From the NCBI GenBank assembly GCA_964016885.1, contig OZ024740.1, positions 367,102,001 to 367,166,000 of the forward strand: 64,000 bases of DNA. The letters run 5' to 3'. Under the pieces are notes generated by a model, which saw only the letters and a program-made list of their open reading frames with translations, searched no databases and had not been told where the DNA came from. A program made the position numbers and the translations under genes. This document shows, piece by piece, positions 13,754-26,289 of the stretch (the first letter of the stretch is position 1; every line of letters starts with the position of its first letter). This DNA is from Eledone cirrhosa (Eukaryota).

Positions 13754-16700
13754 TTACAGACACATACTCAGAGTAGGCCCGTTCACTCGGGCCATACTTA
13801 CTTCTCTCACCCATCTTTCAACAAAATGCTGGGAAGAGAGCACTTCCCTCTCTACCCTGATTTTCCTTTTCAAATGAAATTTGAAAAAGTTAATCAGGGC
13901 ATCACCGAAGAGGCAAGTGCTCGTCTGCAGCCCTTTCAAACGTGTCCACCATACTATCTCTTTCGCCATAGCCACCAGACAGATAAAAACTGCCTGGCCT
14001 TCCTGGCTAAAGGAAGAGGGCGGGGCAATCCTCACGATGGACTCAGCTGATAGCTGGATCCATCCTACACGTGACAGCAGGTGTTCGACATAAACCCACA
14101 AGACAGCAATGCTCGGACACTGGACGAGTGCGTGCAGGACGGTTTCGTCGCCCTGCGCGCAGCTCGGACATGCCCGACTGACTGCACCTCCATGCTTGTA
14201 GGGTTTATCCCGAACTGGCAAAGCTCCTCGGTAGCACTGCCAGGCCAGGGATTTCTGGAAGTTGTCCATAGACCCCGGCCTGAAAGTCCTTCCGAAGAGA
14301 TTGGCTAGTTGATTTTCGTCGACGCCTAGAGTTTCTCTAAGTACGTCGTCGCTCTTTCCCTCCACTAATCCTCTATAGAATGCCAAATGGAGTTTTCACC
14401 GATTGGTCGAGGGCTGTGAGCGCCTGAAGACATTCCAGTCTCCAATCGCTCCCTCTCGGTCTTCCCTTGACCCAGGACTGCAGCTCCGTCAAGGAGACGA
14501 GCTTGGGAAAGACGTGTCTAGCAAACGGCGACCACACCTGATCACCGTCGAGGAAGAGGTGGAGATGTCGTAGCCTGAGCGCGTGTCTGCGCATCATCAG
14601 CCACAGCATGCCCTGCCCTCCACGTAGCGGGGGTTGACAGCAGATGGACCGCCTGACCATCGGAGCGCGTCCCTTCCACAAAAAGCGAAACAGCAAACGC
14701 TCCAGCGCAGTCAGGCGGGGCTGAGGACAAGGTACAACGGTCAGGCGGTAGCAGATGACAGACGCGATGTACGTGTTAGCCACCTCCGCTCGACCTTTCA
14801 GGGATAGCTTCCTCTCAGTCCATTTCTGGGTGAGAGAAGACACCCTGCTCGTCACATCGTCCCAGATTTTGTCCGTCTGGAGGTGCGGACCGAACCAGAC
14901 CCATAGCAATTTAACCGGTCCGTCCGTCCAGCGCCCGACGACGCTGTTGGACGCCATGGACCTGCCTCTCCAGCTGCCGAGCTGCAAGCCCACTGACTTT
15001 TCCTGGTTGATCATTGCTCCTGTCACCGCTTCGTATTCTCTTAGTGTAGTGCCGATTGCCTCGATGTGTTTGGCGTTCGACACCACTACGGTGACATCGT
15101 CCGCATATGCTGACACGGATCTTCCGCATCCTAGTTTGCGCGGGACCCCCTCAACGTCTTCAGTTTGTGCAGTAATGGCTCGAGAGTCAATACGTACAAG
15201 AGGGACGAGAGAGGACATCGTTGGCGGACCGAGCGCATGATGTTGAACGGTTCCGAAAGGTGACCGTTCAGTCTCACCACAGAGCAGATGTCGCTGTGCA
15301 TGGCAGCGATCCAGCCTCTGAAGACGGGCCCAAAGCCAGCCGCCCTCAGGACTGCCGCTAGGTAACGATGGTCGACCCTATCGAAAGCTTTCGACTGATC
15401 TAAATTGATCAAGGACCCACCCGTGCCAGGTTCCCTAGCTACCCTCTCTACGATGTATCGCATGAGGTGGATGTTGTCGTGGATGGATCTGTCGGGAATG
15501 GTGCATGTCTGCGCCTCTCTCACCATACCACCAACGACAAGCGCCAACCTCTTTGCTAGCACCTTGGCCAAAATCTTGAACTCTGTGTTTAGCAGAGCTA
15601 TGGGCCTGAAATTATCTATGTTATCCCCCTTGTTCGGATCCTTTCTCACCAGCGCCACAGTTCCTCGGCTCACAGAGCTGGGAATTCTCCCGTTCTGTTG
15701 CCAGTTGCAGTAGACGTCCGCCAAGAGGCCTCCGAACAAGTCTGGCATATGTACGTAAAGTTCATAGGGCAGACCATCCAAACCAGGCGATTTACCCCTT
15801 GTGCAGCCAGTCATTGCCTCCCGTACTTCAGCGGCTGTTATCGGCTTTTCGCAACACTCCGCCTCACTGGCCGAGAGCCGCGGAGGTCCGTCGAGGTAGA
15901 CACTAAAGTCCATCCCTCGATTCGGCCCGCCGCTGCCGCTGAACAGCTGGGCGAAGTGTCGCTGGAAAGCTTCACACATTTACCCGGGATCGAGTAGCAT
16001 GCGCCCGTCGTGTTTCACCAAAGACCGGATCGTAGCTTTGTTGCCACGACGCGCCTTCGCCATTCGGGCCCATTGAACGACTTTCGTCTCCTCGTGTCTG
16101 AGAGCTCGCACCCTAGCTCTGACAACGCAGTTTTCGTGCTTTGCATTGAAGAATTGGTCAAGGGCCAATTTCGCCGCAAGTACGTCGGTCGCGATGCCTT
16201 TCCTAAGCGCCTCGTCTAATTTTCTAACTAATTCTTCCTCTGCTCTATTTTTCTCTATTGCTAAAGCCTTACTAAACCTAATGGACTCTATTCTAATTTC
16301 ACTTTTTAGAGCAAACCACCACTTCTTGTTGACGATGGCCCTCGTCAACGCCCGCTTAACTAGTTCGCTAATCCGGTCTCTGTAGGCCATGCGCGCTGGA
16401 AAGGACGCGTTTAGCTTCCAGTAGCCGGGTCCTCGTCTATGAAGCCTATCTAAGTCAAGCACACAGATCACGAATTTTTGGTCCGTGTAGCTGACTATCT
16501 TGAATTGTGGACAGCCTATGCTAGACTTATCTATTTCCCTACAAAATACTCTATATAGATATGATCTGGATGACCCTATGCGATTTGTCCAAGTCCACAC
16601 TGGCACATTCAAGAAAGCCAATTGGTACCTATCAGACAGTTCAAAACGCCTGAGCAGGTTGGTGAGGCTCTTGTATCCTCCACCCCTATCTGCTAATCCC

Positions 16701-17150
16701 ACACAGTCCCAACGTGCATCTAAGATCCCGTTCCACTAACACTAAAGAGCGGGACGTTCCAAGAAAGGTCTCCAGACGCCGGAAGAAATCAGGCCACTCT
16801 GCTCCTGTCGTGGCATAGACGGCCACTAGCCTGAATGCTTGACCGTCTCCACTGGTCAAGTCCAGCACCACCAACTTACCTTTTGGGTCCAGGAAGATGG
16901 CCCGTATGGCGAGATCCAAACCTCTCCGAAAAAGCACAGCAACTCCTCCCTCCGATCCCGGACGGCTGGGAGATGCGTACACATCGTAGCCGCCGAAGAT
17001 CGGTGCGAAGGCCCGTGCTTCGGAGATTCTGGTCTCGCTGATGGCCACTACATCTATGTTTAGTGACCTGAGGTCGTTGAGCAGGTGGCCCTGCTTCCAT
17101 GACGACCACAAGCCACGCACATTTATGCTGCCTATTCTGAGTGAGGTCAT
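13754..17150 (-). pseudogene. ORF2 of Tx1 copy 2 (APE-RT-zinc finger), frameshifted
   Basis: MTSLRIGSINVRGL, AISETRI, KSPGLDGLPYELY, NFRPIALLNTEFKILA, LDQSKAFDRVDH, SVRQRCPLS, AYADD, CPSCAQGDETVLHALVQC. Confidence 0.93.
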
Positions 17151-17184
17151 GTTGAAATGGAGTGGAAAAGATGGGAAAGACCAC

Positions 17185-19292
17185 TTACCTTACTTCTCGT
17201 AGAGGAAGGATGGTTTCTCCATCCCTTTTCACTTGATCGTCTGCTGAAGGGACCGTTGAATCGTCCCTTCGGCTGGTCGTCGGCTCTTCTCTGAGTATAT
17301 CAGAATATACTCTCCGGTTGAGTGTCCCTCCTAGGTCTCTGAAATCACCAACTGCGTTGGGGAATTTCGTTTTAATGATGGTGTGTTGCTTCTGTGCTAT
17401 TCTTACCAGTCTTATGTTAGTTGGTGTTTTGATTGGTTCTGGTATTATGTAGTCGTGCTGTGAAATGTCTGTGTGTTCAATTATGTAAGTCATTAGTTTC
17501 TTGTTGTGTGTATTTATTGCTGTGCATTTGTTTTTCTGGGGGTGGAGTGTGGTTCTGCTATTTTCTTGTCGTTGTTGCAGGGAGTGTGTGTTTTGTTGTA
17601 GTGTTTGCGATGTTGGTGCTTGTGGTGGTAGTGTCGAAGGTGTTGTTGTTGTTTGCGGTGGGTTGCCGTCGGTGGTGATGGTGGTGCTAGTGTGGGTGGT
17701 GATGGTGTTGGTGGTGTTGCTGCTGTAAGTCTCTTTGCAGTAGCCTTTACCCTTTTTCATTTCTTTCCTCCATTTTCGAAGGCGACGATGCGCTGCTTCT
17801 GCGTTTGTGCCTTCTTGTGACCTTTTGCCATCCCTCTCCCACCTCACATTCCATGTCCGATTCTGTGAGGTCGGGGAGCGGTACCAGCTCCACTCTTTCA
17901 CTTGTTGTTGTTGGTGATGTTTGCAGTGGAGTCTCTGTTGCAGCTGCAGTTGGTATTACTGTTGTTGTTGTTAATACGTCAACTGCTACTGCTGTTCTTG
18001 ATTTCCGTGGCGTGGGTATGGGTGCCACGGACCTATCGTTTCTGGTTGCTTCCTGTCCTGTTGCTGGTAGGAGTGGAGCCGGTTTCGGAAGGAGGGAGGT
18101 TTTCTCCTTTCTCAGGGTCTTCTCATTGCAGAAGGCCCTGAGGTGAGTCTTCGATTCACACCGAAATCATTTCGGGCGTTTGCCCTCAACACTTATGGGC
18201 AGTTGAGTGCCGTTATCGAAGTCTATCACACCCGGGATAGCTTCGATGCACTCCTGGTTGGTTTGGATTAATATCTCAATGGAGGTGCCGACACAATCTT
18301 CTCATAATTTTTCTGTACTTGCAGTACAGTTGTTTTTTCCTCGATTCCGACGAGGACAGACGCAGCCAGCCAAGAAGGGGCCATCCCAGTTGGGACGTGG
18401 GTCAGTTTGATCCTCACAATTTTTTGTCCGCAGTAGGAGGGCACCAACACCATATCCTCGCTCCTTAGGGTCACTAAGGATTGAGCCTTTGCCTCCTGGG
18501 GTGTGGCAAAAAGCACGTCTCCGGTGGCATATTTCTTGCCACGGGTGATATGCGTTTTACGCTGCCACACAGACCCTGAGGCTTTTTGTATTTGAGCCTC
18601 TGTGGGTCTTTAAACCCTACGGGATTTTGTGCTTACTGTACGATAAGTGACCGTACAGTGCTGTTGGGTTTCGAAATATTTTCCGGCTGCCTTGCAGATT
18701 ACTCGGTGTGAGGTTTTCGTCACCATCTTCTTTGCTTCCTGTAATTCCTCATTTGTTATAAGGATGGTTTCCAGGTTCTTTGCGATACCTGCAAACGAGA
18801 TTGGTTTTTCTTTGTTGTTGTTGTTGTTGTTGTCGTCAGAGCTGCTGTTACTTTTGTTGTTGCTGCTGGTACTACGACTGCCGCCGCCGCTGTTGCTGTG
18901 GTTGTTGTTGCTGTTGCTGCTGCTGCTGTTGTTGCTTATGCTGCTGCTGATGCTGTTGCGGCTGCAACTATTGTTTTCCTTGTCACTATTGCTGCTGCTA
19001 TTATTCATGACGTCAGACGAATGAAATGGCCTTCCGTATTTACCGCACACATTTTTCGTCGTTGTCGTCGTCGTGGAGAAATGTTACACGGTATGCACGT
19101 GCTCTTGGAAACTATCAGAAAGTATATTTTCTTTTTCTTTACTGACGTCGCTTGCGAAAGAGAAAGGAGGGAGAGAAACACATTTAGAGAAGGGAGGGAG
19201 AGAGACAATCTTCTCTCTGATGTAGTGACGATTGAGGAAGAAGAAGACGGAATGAGTGGGAGTGACTTGTGAAAATTCTTTTTTGTAACCAT
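17185..19292 (-). pseudogene. ORF1 of Tx1 copy 2
   Basis: ATG at 19292 after an A-run. Asn/Ser low-complexity tract. Knuckle EGKRPK*FRCESKTHLRAFC (~18125-18190) homologous to copy 1. Several stops and frameshifts. Confidence 0.8.
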
Positions 19293-19507
19293 GTTTTTTT
19301 TTGGTTTAAAATGAATATTGGGCACAAAACCCCAACAAGCGGTTATTTAACCCCGAAGGGCCAAATAATGGGCAGAAAGACCCCTCTCACGAGGAGGAGG
19401 GTGTTTTTATTTACAATTTGGTTAAAGTTTTAAAGAATTTACAATTGTTATAGCGGTTAAAAATTACTTTACCTTACAGAGCCGAGCCTCCGTCAACCAT
19501 GGCATTC

Positions 19508-19560
<53 letters not shown>

Positions 19561-19561
<1 letters not shown>

Positions 19562-19860
19562 CTAAAACAATGCCAGTGGTTGTAGGCGCTCTAGGAATGA
19601 TACTTAAGGGGTCTAATGATTACTTATCGCAAATCCCAGGAAACCCGCGTATAGGAGAAATACAAAAGATAATACTAATAGGAACTGCCCATATACTAAG
19701 GAAGATTCTGTCAATATAAGTACATCACAAGTCTAAACACCTAAAGATGCATGTGTGTATGTATGTTCTTTCTTGAACATGGCGGACCTTGTTGTCTCTT
19801 GAGGTTACTGGTTGTGACTCGGTGATAACTCGTATGAACATAAAGCAAAATAAATGCAAC
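19561..19860 (+). mobile_element. Dong/R4-clade retrotransposon, 5'-truncated 3' end
   Basis: 19561-19719 translates TKTMPVVVGALGMILKGSNDYLSQIPGNPRIGEIQKIILIGTAHILRKILSI*, the characteristic C-terminus of R4/Dong RLE proteins. Flanked on both sides by (TAA)n, the known Dong target. Confidence 0.85.
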
Positions 19861-19899
<39 letters not shown>

Positions 19900-19901
<2 letters not shown>

Positions 19902-20957
19902 TTTCTTTATTAACCACAAGGGTTTACATAAAGTAAGACATTAAGGACAATACAGGACAATAGAGGACAATACAGGACGGTACAAATGGGCATTTCTGCG
20001 TGTAAAAAAAAAAAAAACAGAGGATGTAACAAAGAAAAATGAAACAATGAAAAATTCCCCAATAGGGGAAGACTTCCGACGGACGTTCGTGGAGAAAGCC
20101 CATTAAAAAAGCCACGGTGACCCTGACCACCAAGGAAAGTTCCCTCTCCAAGTTTTCCACCTTCAATTTACAGACACATACTCAGAGTAGGCCCATTAAC
20201 ACGGGCCATTCTTGCCTCTCTCACCCATCTTTCAACAAAATGCTGGGAAGAGAGCACTTCCCTCTTTACCCTGATATTCCTTTTCAAATGAAATTTGAAA
20301 AAGTCAATCAGGGCATCACCGAAGAGGTAAGTGCTCGTCTTCAGCCCTTTCAAACGCGTCCACCATACTATCTCTTTCGTCATGGGCACCAGACAGATAA
20401 AAACTTCCTGCCCTTCTCGGCTAAAGGAAGAGGGTGGGGCAATCCTGGCGATGGACTCAGCAGATGGCCAGATCCGTCCTACACGCGACAGCACGTGTTC
20501 GACATAAACCCCCAAGTCAGCAATGCTCGGACACTGGACGAGTGCGTGCAGGACGGTTTCGTCGCCCTGCGCGCATCTTGGACATGCCCGGCTGATGGCA
20601 CCTCCATGCCTATAGAGTTTATCCCGAACTGGCAAAGCTCCTCGGTAGCACTACCAGGCCAGGGATTTCTGGAAGTTGTCCATAGACCCCGGCCTGAAAG
20701 TTCTTCCGAAGAGACTGGCTAGTTGATTTTCGTCGACGCCTAGAGTTTCCCCAAGTACATCGTCGCTCTTCGCCTCCACTAATCCTCTATAGAACGCCAA
20801 GGTGGAGTTTTCACCGATCACATTGCCCGACTGGTCGAGGACTGTGAGTGCCTGAAGATATTCCAATCTACATGCGCTCTCTCTTTACCCTGATATTCCA
20901 GAGCGTGTGTCTGCGCATCATCAGCCATGGCATACCCAGCCCTCCAGTAGCGGGTGT
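19900..20957 (-). mobile_element. Tx1 copy 3, 5'-truncated 3' fragment (same subfamily as copy 2)
   Basis: 3' UTR and ORF2 C-terminus closely match 13508-14640. (AAT)n at 19862-19899. Internal deletion at ~20865-20900. Confidence 0.9.
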
Positions 20958-20958
20958 T

Positions 20959-21039
<81 letters not shown>

Positions 21040-21044
<5 letters not shown>

Positions 21045-21152
21045 GGTAAACAGAAATAACAACACAATCGGTACAGTATATGGAAGGAATATATTAGGTT
21101 AACGCTTGATATAGCAGAAGAGGGTCTTAACGTTTCGGACGCTATTCCTTCG

Positions 21153-21155
<3 letters not shown>
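21040..21155 (-). mobile_element. PLE pseudo-LTR remnant with 5'-clipped hammerhead motif
   Basis: Minus strand reads (TA)n-TGACGA-A-GGA-ATAGCG-TCC-GAAAC-GTT, i.e. HHR core, stem II and GAAAC with the first core base and stem I 5' strand lost. Embedded between microsatellites. Confidence 0.45.
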
Positions 21156-21239
<84 letters not shown>

Positions 21240-21659
21240 TATACAAATATATATACACATATATGTAGGAATATATACATGTGTGTCTGAGTGTGTATTT
21301 TCAGTTAGAAGAAGAACAAGTTCAGCGACTATTGATGAAAATGCATTGATAGAGAAGCGCAAAGTATTGTAAAGATCTCCACATATGACTGTGAATATCC
21401 AGCGCTAACACCAGTATATCTCATAATATATTATCGACACTGTAAATATCTGTCTAATTAACATATCGCACATAATTTGGCTAATTTCATCTGTTACATA
21501 TATATTCCATAACAATTATGTTACGGAATAATGTCTATTCCGTAACATGTCTATAGAAATATATATGTTTGTGTGTAAGTGTATAAATATATATATGTGT
21601 GTAAGTGTATAAATATATATATATGTGTGTAAGTGTATAAATATATATCTATAATAATT

Positions 21660-21770
21660 TAACTTTGGCACAAGTCCAGCAATTACTGGTGCTTTATTTT
21701 ATCGAGCCCGTAAGGATGAAAGGCAAAGTTAACCTCGGCGTGATTTGAACTCAGACCATAATGGGCGTAG
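21660..21770 (-). mobile_element. SINE family A, partial
   Basis: GTAAGGATGAAAGGCAAAGTTAACCTCGGCG.GATTTGAACTC block. Confidence 0.8.
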
Positions 21771-21859
21771 CAAAAATCCACATCTTCATCATCATTGATG
21801 ATTAAGCATATTTTTATTGCGTGGTGTCACCGTATTGCCGAGCACGACGTTGTGGGTAT

Positions 21860-22255
21860 TATTATTATAGGGCTTGTTTCTGTTTTCGGCATTTATATTC
21901 ATGTTACTCCTATCTGCATATCTTTATATTTGGATAATTTCTCTATTTCCTTAATAGATATATTATCGTCTCTGGGGATTTATACGTTATTCAGGACACA
22001 TATTTTTCTTTGTTGTCACTGACTAGAATATCTTGTCGGTTGCCTATGATCTGCTTCTCTCTTTGTATTGGCATATGTTAGAGTGTGGTTGCTTGGTCAT
22101 TTCCAGACACCCTCTCTGTATGGCTGTACTAACTTCTTTTTCTGTTGCTTTTCCATAGTGCTGGGATAACTTCCATTGTATGTAAATCACAACTCTGTGC
22201 CGGCGACAATGTGGTCAACTGTTACTTGCGGTCCTCTGCTTCATTATGTACACTA
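21860..22255 (-). pseudogene. decayed Dong/R4 RLE-domain fragment
   Basis: Minus-strand pieces TVDHIVAG, YIQWKLSQHYG, IIGNRQDILVSDNKEK, IPRDDNISIKEIEKLSKYKDMQI match the R4/Dong zinc-knuckle and restriction-like endonuclease region. Confidence 0.7.
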
Positions 22256-23224
22256 GCAGAAAAACCACCATTTTGCTGGTTTTCTGCTAGCATGTGTAGT
22301 GTGCATATTGATATTATATGCAAACATAGAAACGTTTATATAAGCGTCCGTTATATCATAACCGGAAGTATTGACATTTGAAAATTTTAAAAGAAGTGAA
22401 TCTCAAAATAAGCAATCATTATATATAATAATATTTATGTTTAATCAACAGCTACGAGATTTAGTACATAAATTATGTAATATTCATTCATTATTTATTC
22501 AAAGTAATCCGACTTATTTTACTAACGGGATAAAAAAAATGTATTCAGGACACAGCCCCACACTCCTCCTTTTATTATATTATGATTTGGTTGTTTGTGG
22601 TGAGTATGCTTTCATCTTGCACTGCAATTAGAATTCATACACTCTCGACTTTTTGTCACTGGATTCTTAAACAGTTTGGGGATTTTGCTTGTCTACCTCC
22701 TCCCCATCTCTGTCTGCCTGTATGTATATATGTATGTTCTAATGGTCTTATTATTTTATGCATTTTCACCAATAGAGAGAGGACAGAGAGAGAGAGAGAG
22801 AGGGGGGGAGAACCAGTTTCTAACATAATCACAAGATTCGTATGTAAGTCTGTATGTGTGTGTGTATATGTGCGTTTCTGTGTGTGCACGTATAGATCTG
22901 CGTGTTTTGAGTTATATGTTTCTGTCTATACATGTGTCTATGCAGTTATTACATGCATAATTTCTGAAATGTTTTACATATTTTTGCAGTTTCATTTGTA
23001 GACTACTCGCATCATCCTAACTAGCTGTGTTCTTTCTGGTTCTGTGAAGCCTACCTCCTCAAGATTTGTATCTAAAACAATAAATACTGCATTAATATGA
23101 TCGACTAAATCAAGGCTGTACCCAAAAATGATTGAGACTTGTGACAGAAAATCACAAAACAATTCACACACACACAGTAGTGGACTGGCCAGGTTGCCAG
23201 GCTGCTAGGCTGCTCAATGGTTCA

Positions 23225-23974
23225 ATGGATCGACTTGTCAACTTTTGGCACTTTGGTAAGAACCTTATTATTCCCATGTGTGGTTAACTGTTGAATTAAT
23301 TGTGCAACACAAACGAAACGGATTACAGTTTAAAATATAATCAGAAACAAAACGAGGATGCAGTTTATGGAGCACCCAAATGATTTAGAAGTCGAACTTA
23401 AGTAGGAGCAATAACATTAAGAAAGACATGAACGACACAACAATACCTTATTTGAAAAACTTTGAAAGTAGGTTTATAAGTATGAGGTTTCTGTAGTTCT
23501 CTCTGTGGCATAGCGGTTGCTGCTAATGACGGCAGAGATCCTCGCTAAAGGATACATGTAAACTTTTTCAGTTTTTATTTTACAACCAATAGAAAAAAAC
23601 TGAAAAGGTTTACCGGGAACCTACTCCCGACGAGGATAGAACTTCAGACCAGGATCACCACCGTCTATGATTCCTCCAGCTTGGCCACCGAGACAGCTAC
23701 AAAAGTGTGATGAAAATTGATAATTATAAACCTACTTTCATGGCTTTCTTAGAGCTATTAGTAATATTTAGGGTCGACTTTTCAATCTTCTGGCCCTTTG
23801 GTAACAACCTTATTATTCCTATGTGTGTTTAACTGTTGAATTAATTTAATTTGATTATTTTAGCAAACAAATAATATATATATATATAAAGCCAATCATT
23901 GTAAGTTTGAATCTGACATGCAAAAACTAATGTGTATGAATAAAGTAAGCCCAAATCAAAGTAGATTCAAATAT

Positions 23975-24072
<98 letters not shown>

Positions 24073-24585
24073 TGTTGCAGCAGAAATGAAACATGGATTA
24101 CAGGTTAAAATATAGTTTAGATATAGATGTGAAACACAACGAGGATGTAGTTTATGGAACACCCAAATGATTTGGATGTCGACCTTAACTAGGAGCAATA
24201 ACATTAAGAAAGACATAGACGACACCACATCATTTTGTTTTGAAAATTTTCAAAGTAGGTTTATAAGTATGAATTTTCATAAGATTTTCATAGTTGTCTC
24301 TGTGGCCTAGCGGTAGGTATTAGAGACGGCGGACGTCCTCGTCTTGGGTTCAATCCTCGTCAAGGAATTTTTCAGTTTTTATTTTACAACCAATAGAAAA
24401 AACTGAAAAATGTTTACAAGGGAACCCTACTCCCGTTGAAGATCGAACTTCAGACCACCGTCTATTATTCCTCCAATTTGGCCACCGAGACAGCTATGAA
24501 AGTATCAAGATCAAAGTTAAAAAGATGTTGTGTTATTCATGGCTTTCCTAGAGCTATTAGTAATATTTAGGGTCGACTTCTGGTC
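23225..24585. repeat. diverged tandem duplication of a ~550-bp unit containing an inverted pair of tRNA-like heads
   Basis: 23225-23300 resembles 23772-23845. 23310-23780 resembles 24085-24580. The second copy is interrupted by (GA)n at 23978-24070. Confidence 0.75.
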
Positions 24586-24726
24586 ATTATTGAAAATCTC
24601 TGGATTTCGCAAAATACATAACATTTTTATTGGAGAAGGTAAGATATTTTACCGCAAAAATTTGATTGCACTGTTTTATTTCCACTTATGTATTTTTCGA
24701 AAATATTATTTATTCATATTAATTGA

Positions 24727-24790
24727 AGGTGGTGGATTGGCAGTATCGGTAGAGGGTCGGACGCCATGCTTTGCAGCATAGAGTCACCCC
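24727..24790 (+). mobile_element. SINE family A, 5' fragment
   Basis: GGTGGTGGATTGGCAGTATCGGTAGAGGGTCGGACGCCATGCTTTGCAGCATAGAG. Confidence 0.75.
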
Positions 24791-24882
24791 TCCACTCACC
24801 CCCACATATATACATGCTGCGTCTATTTATCATTTATAAAAAAAAAGAATTTTGTGTAATACGTATATATATGTATATATAT

Positions 24883-24914
<32 letters not shown>

Positions 24915-25134
24915 TCATATATATGTATATATATTCAAATATATACGTATATACTGTATGTGGGTATTTGTGCGTGCGTGTGTGAACATGTGTATTTGTA
25001 TGTGTGTGTGTGTGTATGTCTCATGTCTGTGTACTTTTAATTATACATATGTGGACATAAAAAAGATCGTCAATAACGCAGAAGACTAAATAAATTCTAA
25101 GCATTGTCATAAAAAGAAGAGAAAGTACGGCGCC

Positions 25135-25855
<721 letters not shown>

Positions 25856-26289
25856 CGCATAAAAAAGATGTCATATACTTAATAAAATATCTCGCAATGG
25901 AGGCTATGTATGGTGTATGAACGATAGACCTATAGAAGAATATAAAAATATAAAATGAGAAATAAAATTAGAATTAGAGAAATAGAGTGAGAGAATGTGG
26001 GGGGGGGGGATAAGAGAAGGGAACTGTGTATATCACAGACACACATACAAACAAATATATTTAAGGCGACGGGGTTGTGTAGAAAAGGAAAAAGAAAGAG
26101 AAGTGGTTGATCTGAAAATATATATACGTTTATACGTACGTATGTGTGCCTGTAAACGTATTTATGTGTATATATGTATGCACGTGTGCGTGCTCTTTTC
26201 TTTGTGTATGTGTGTATGTGCGTATGTATGTGTAGTCATGTGAGTGTATGAATAGATCTCCTTTATGCTTCAGATATTTACCTGTTTCT

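Larger units (their letters stand above)
13508..19507 (-). mobile_element. Tx1/L1-clade non-LTR retrotransposon copy 2 (different subfamily), full length (~6.0 kb), inactivated
   Basis: Same organisation as copy 1. Bounded by (AAT)n at 13490-13507 and 19508-19560. Confidence 0.92.

Noticed and set aside
8242-20722. Plus-strand ORFs over the Tx1 elements (e.g. 9195-9671, 12391-12996, 20117-20722)
   Set aside because: Antisense shadows of GC-rich LINE coding sequence with no recognisable domains.
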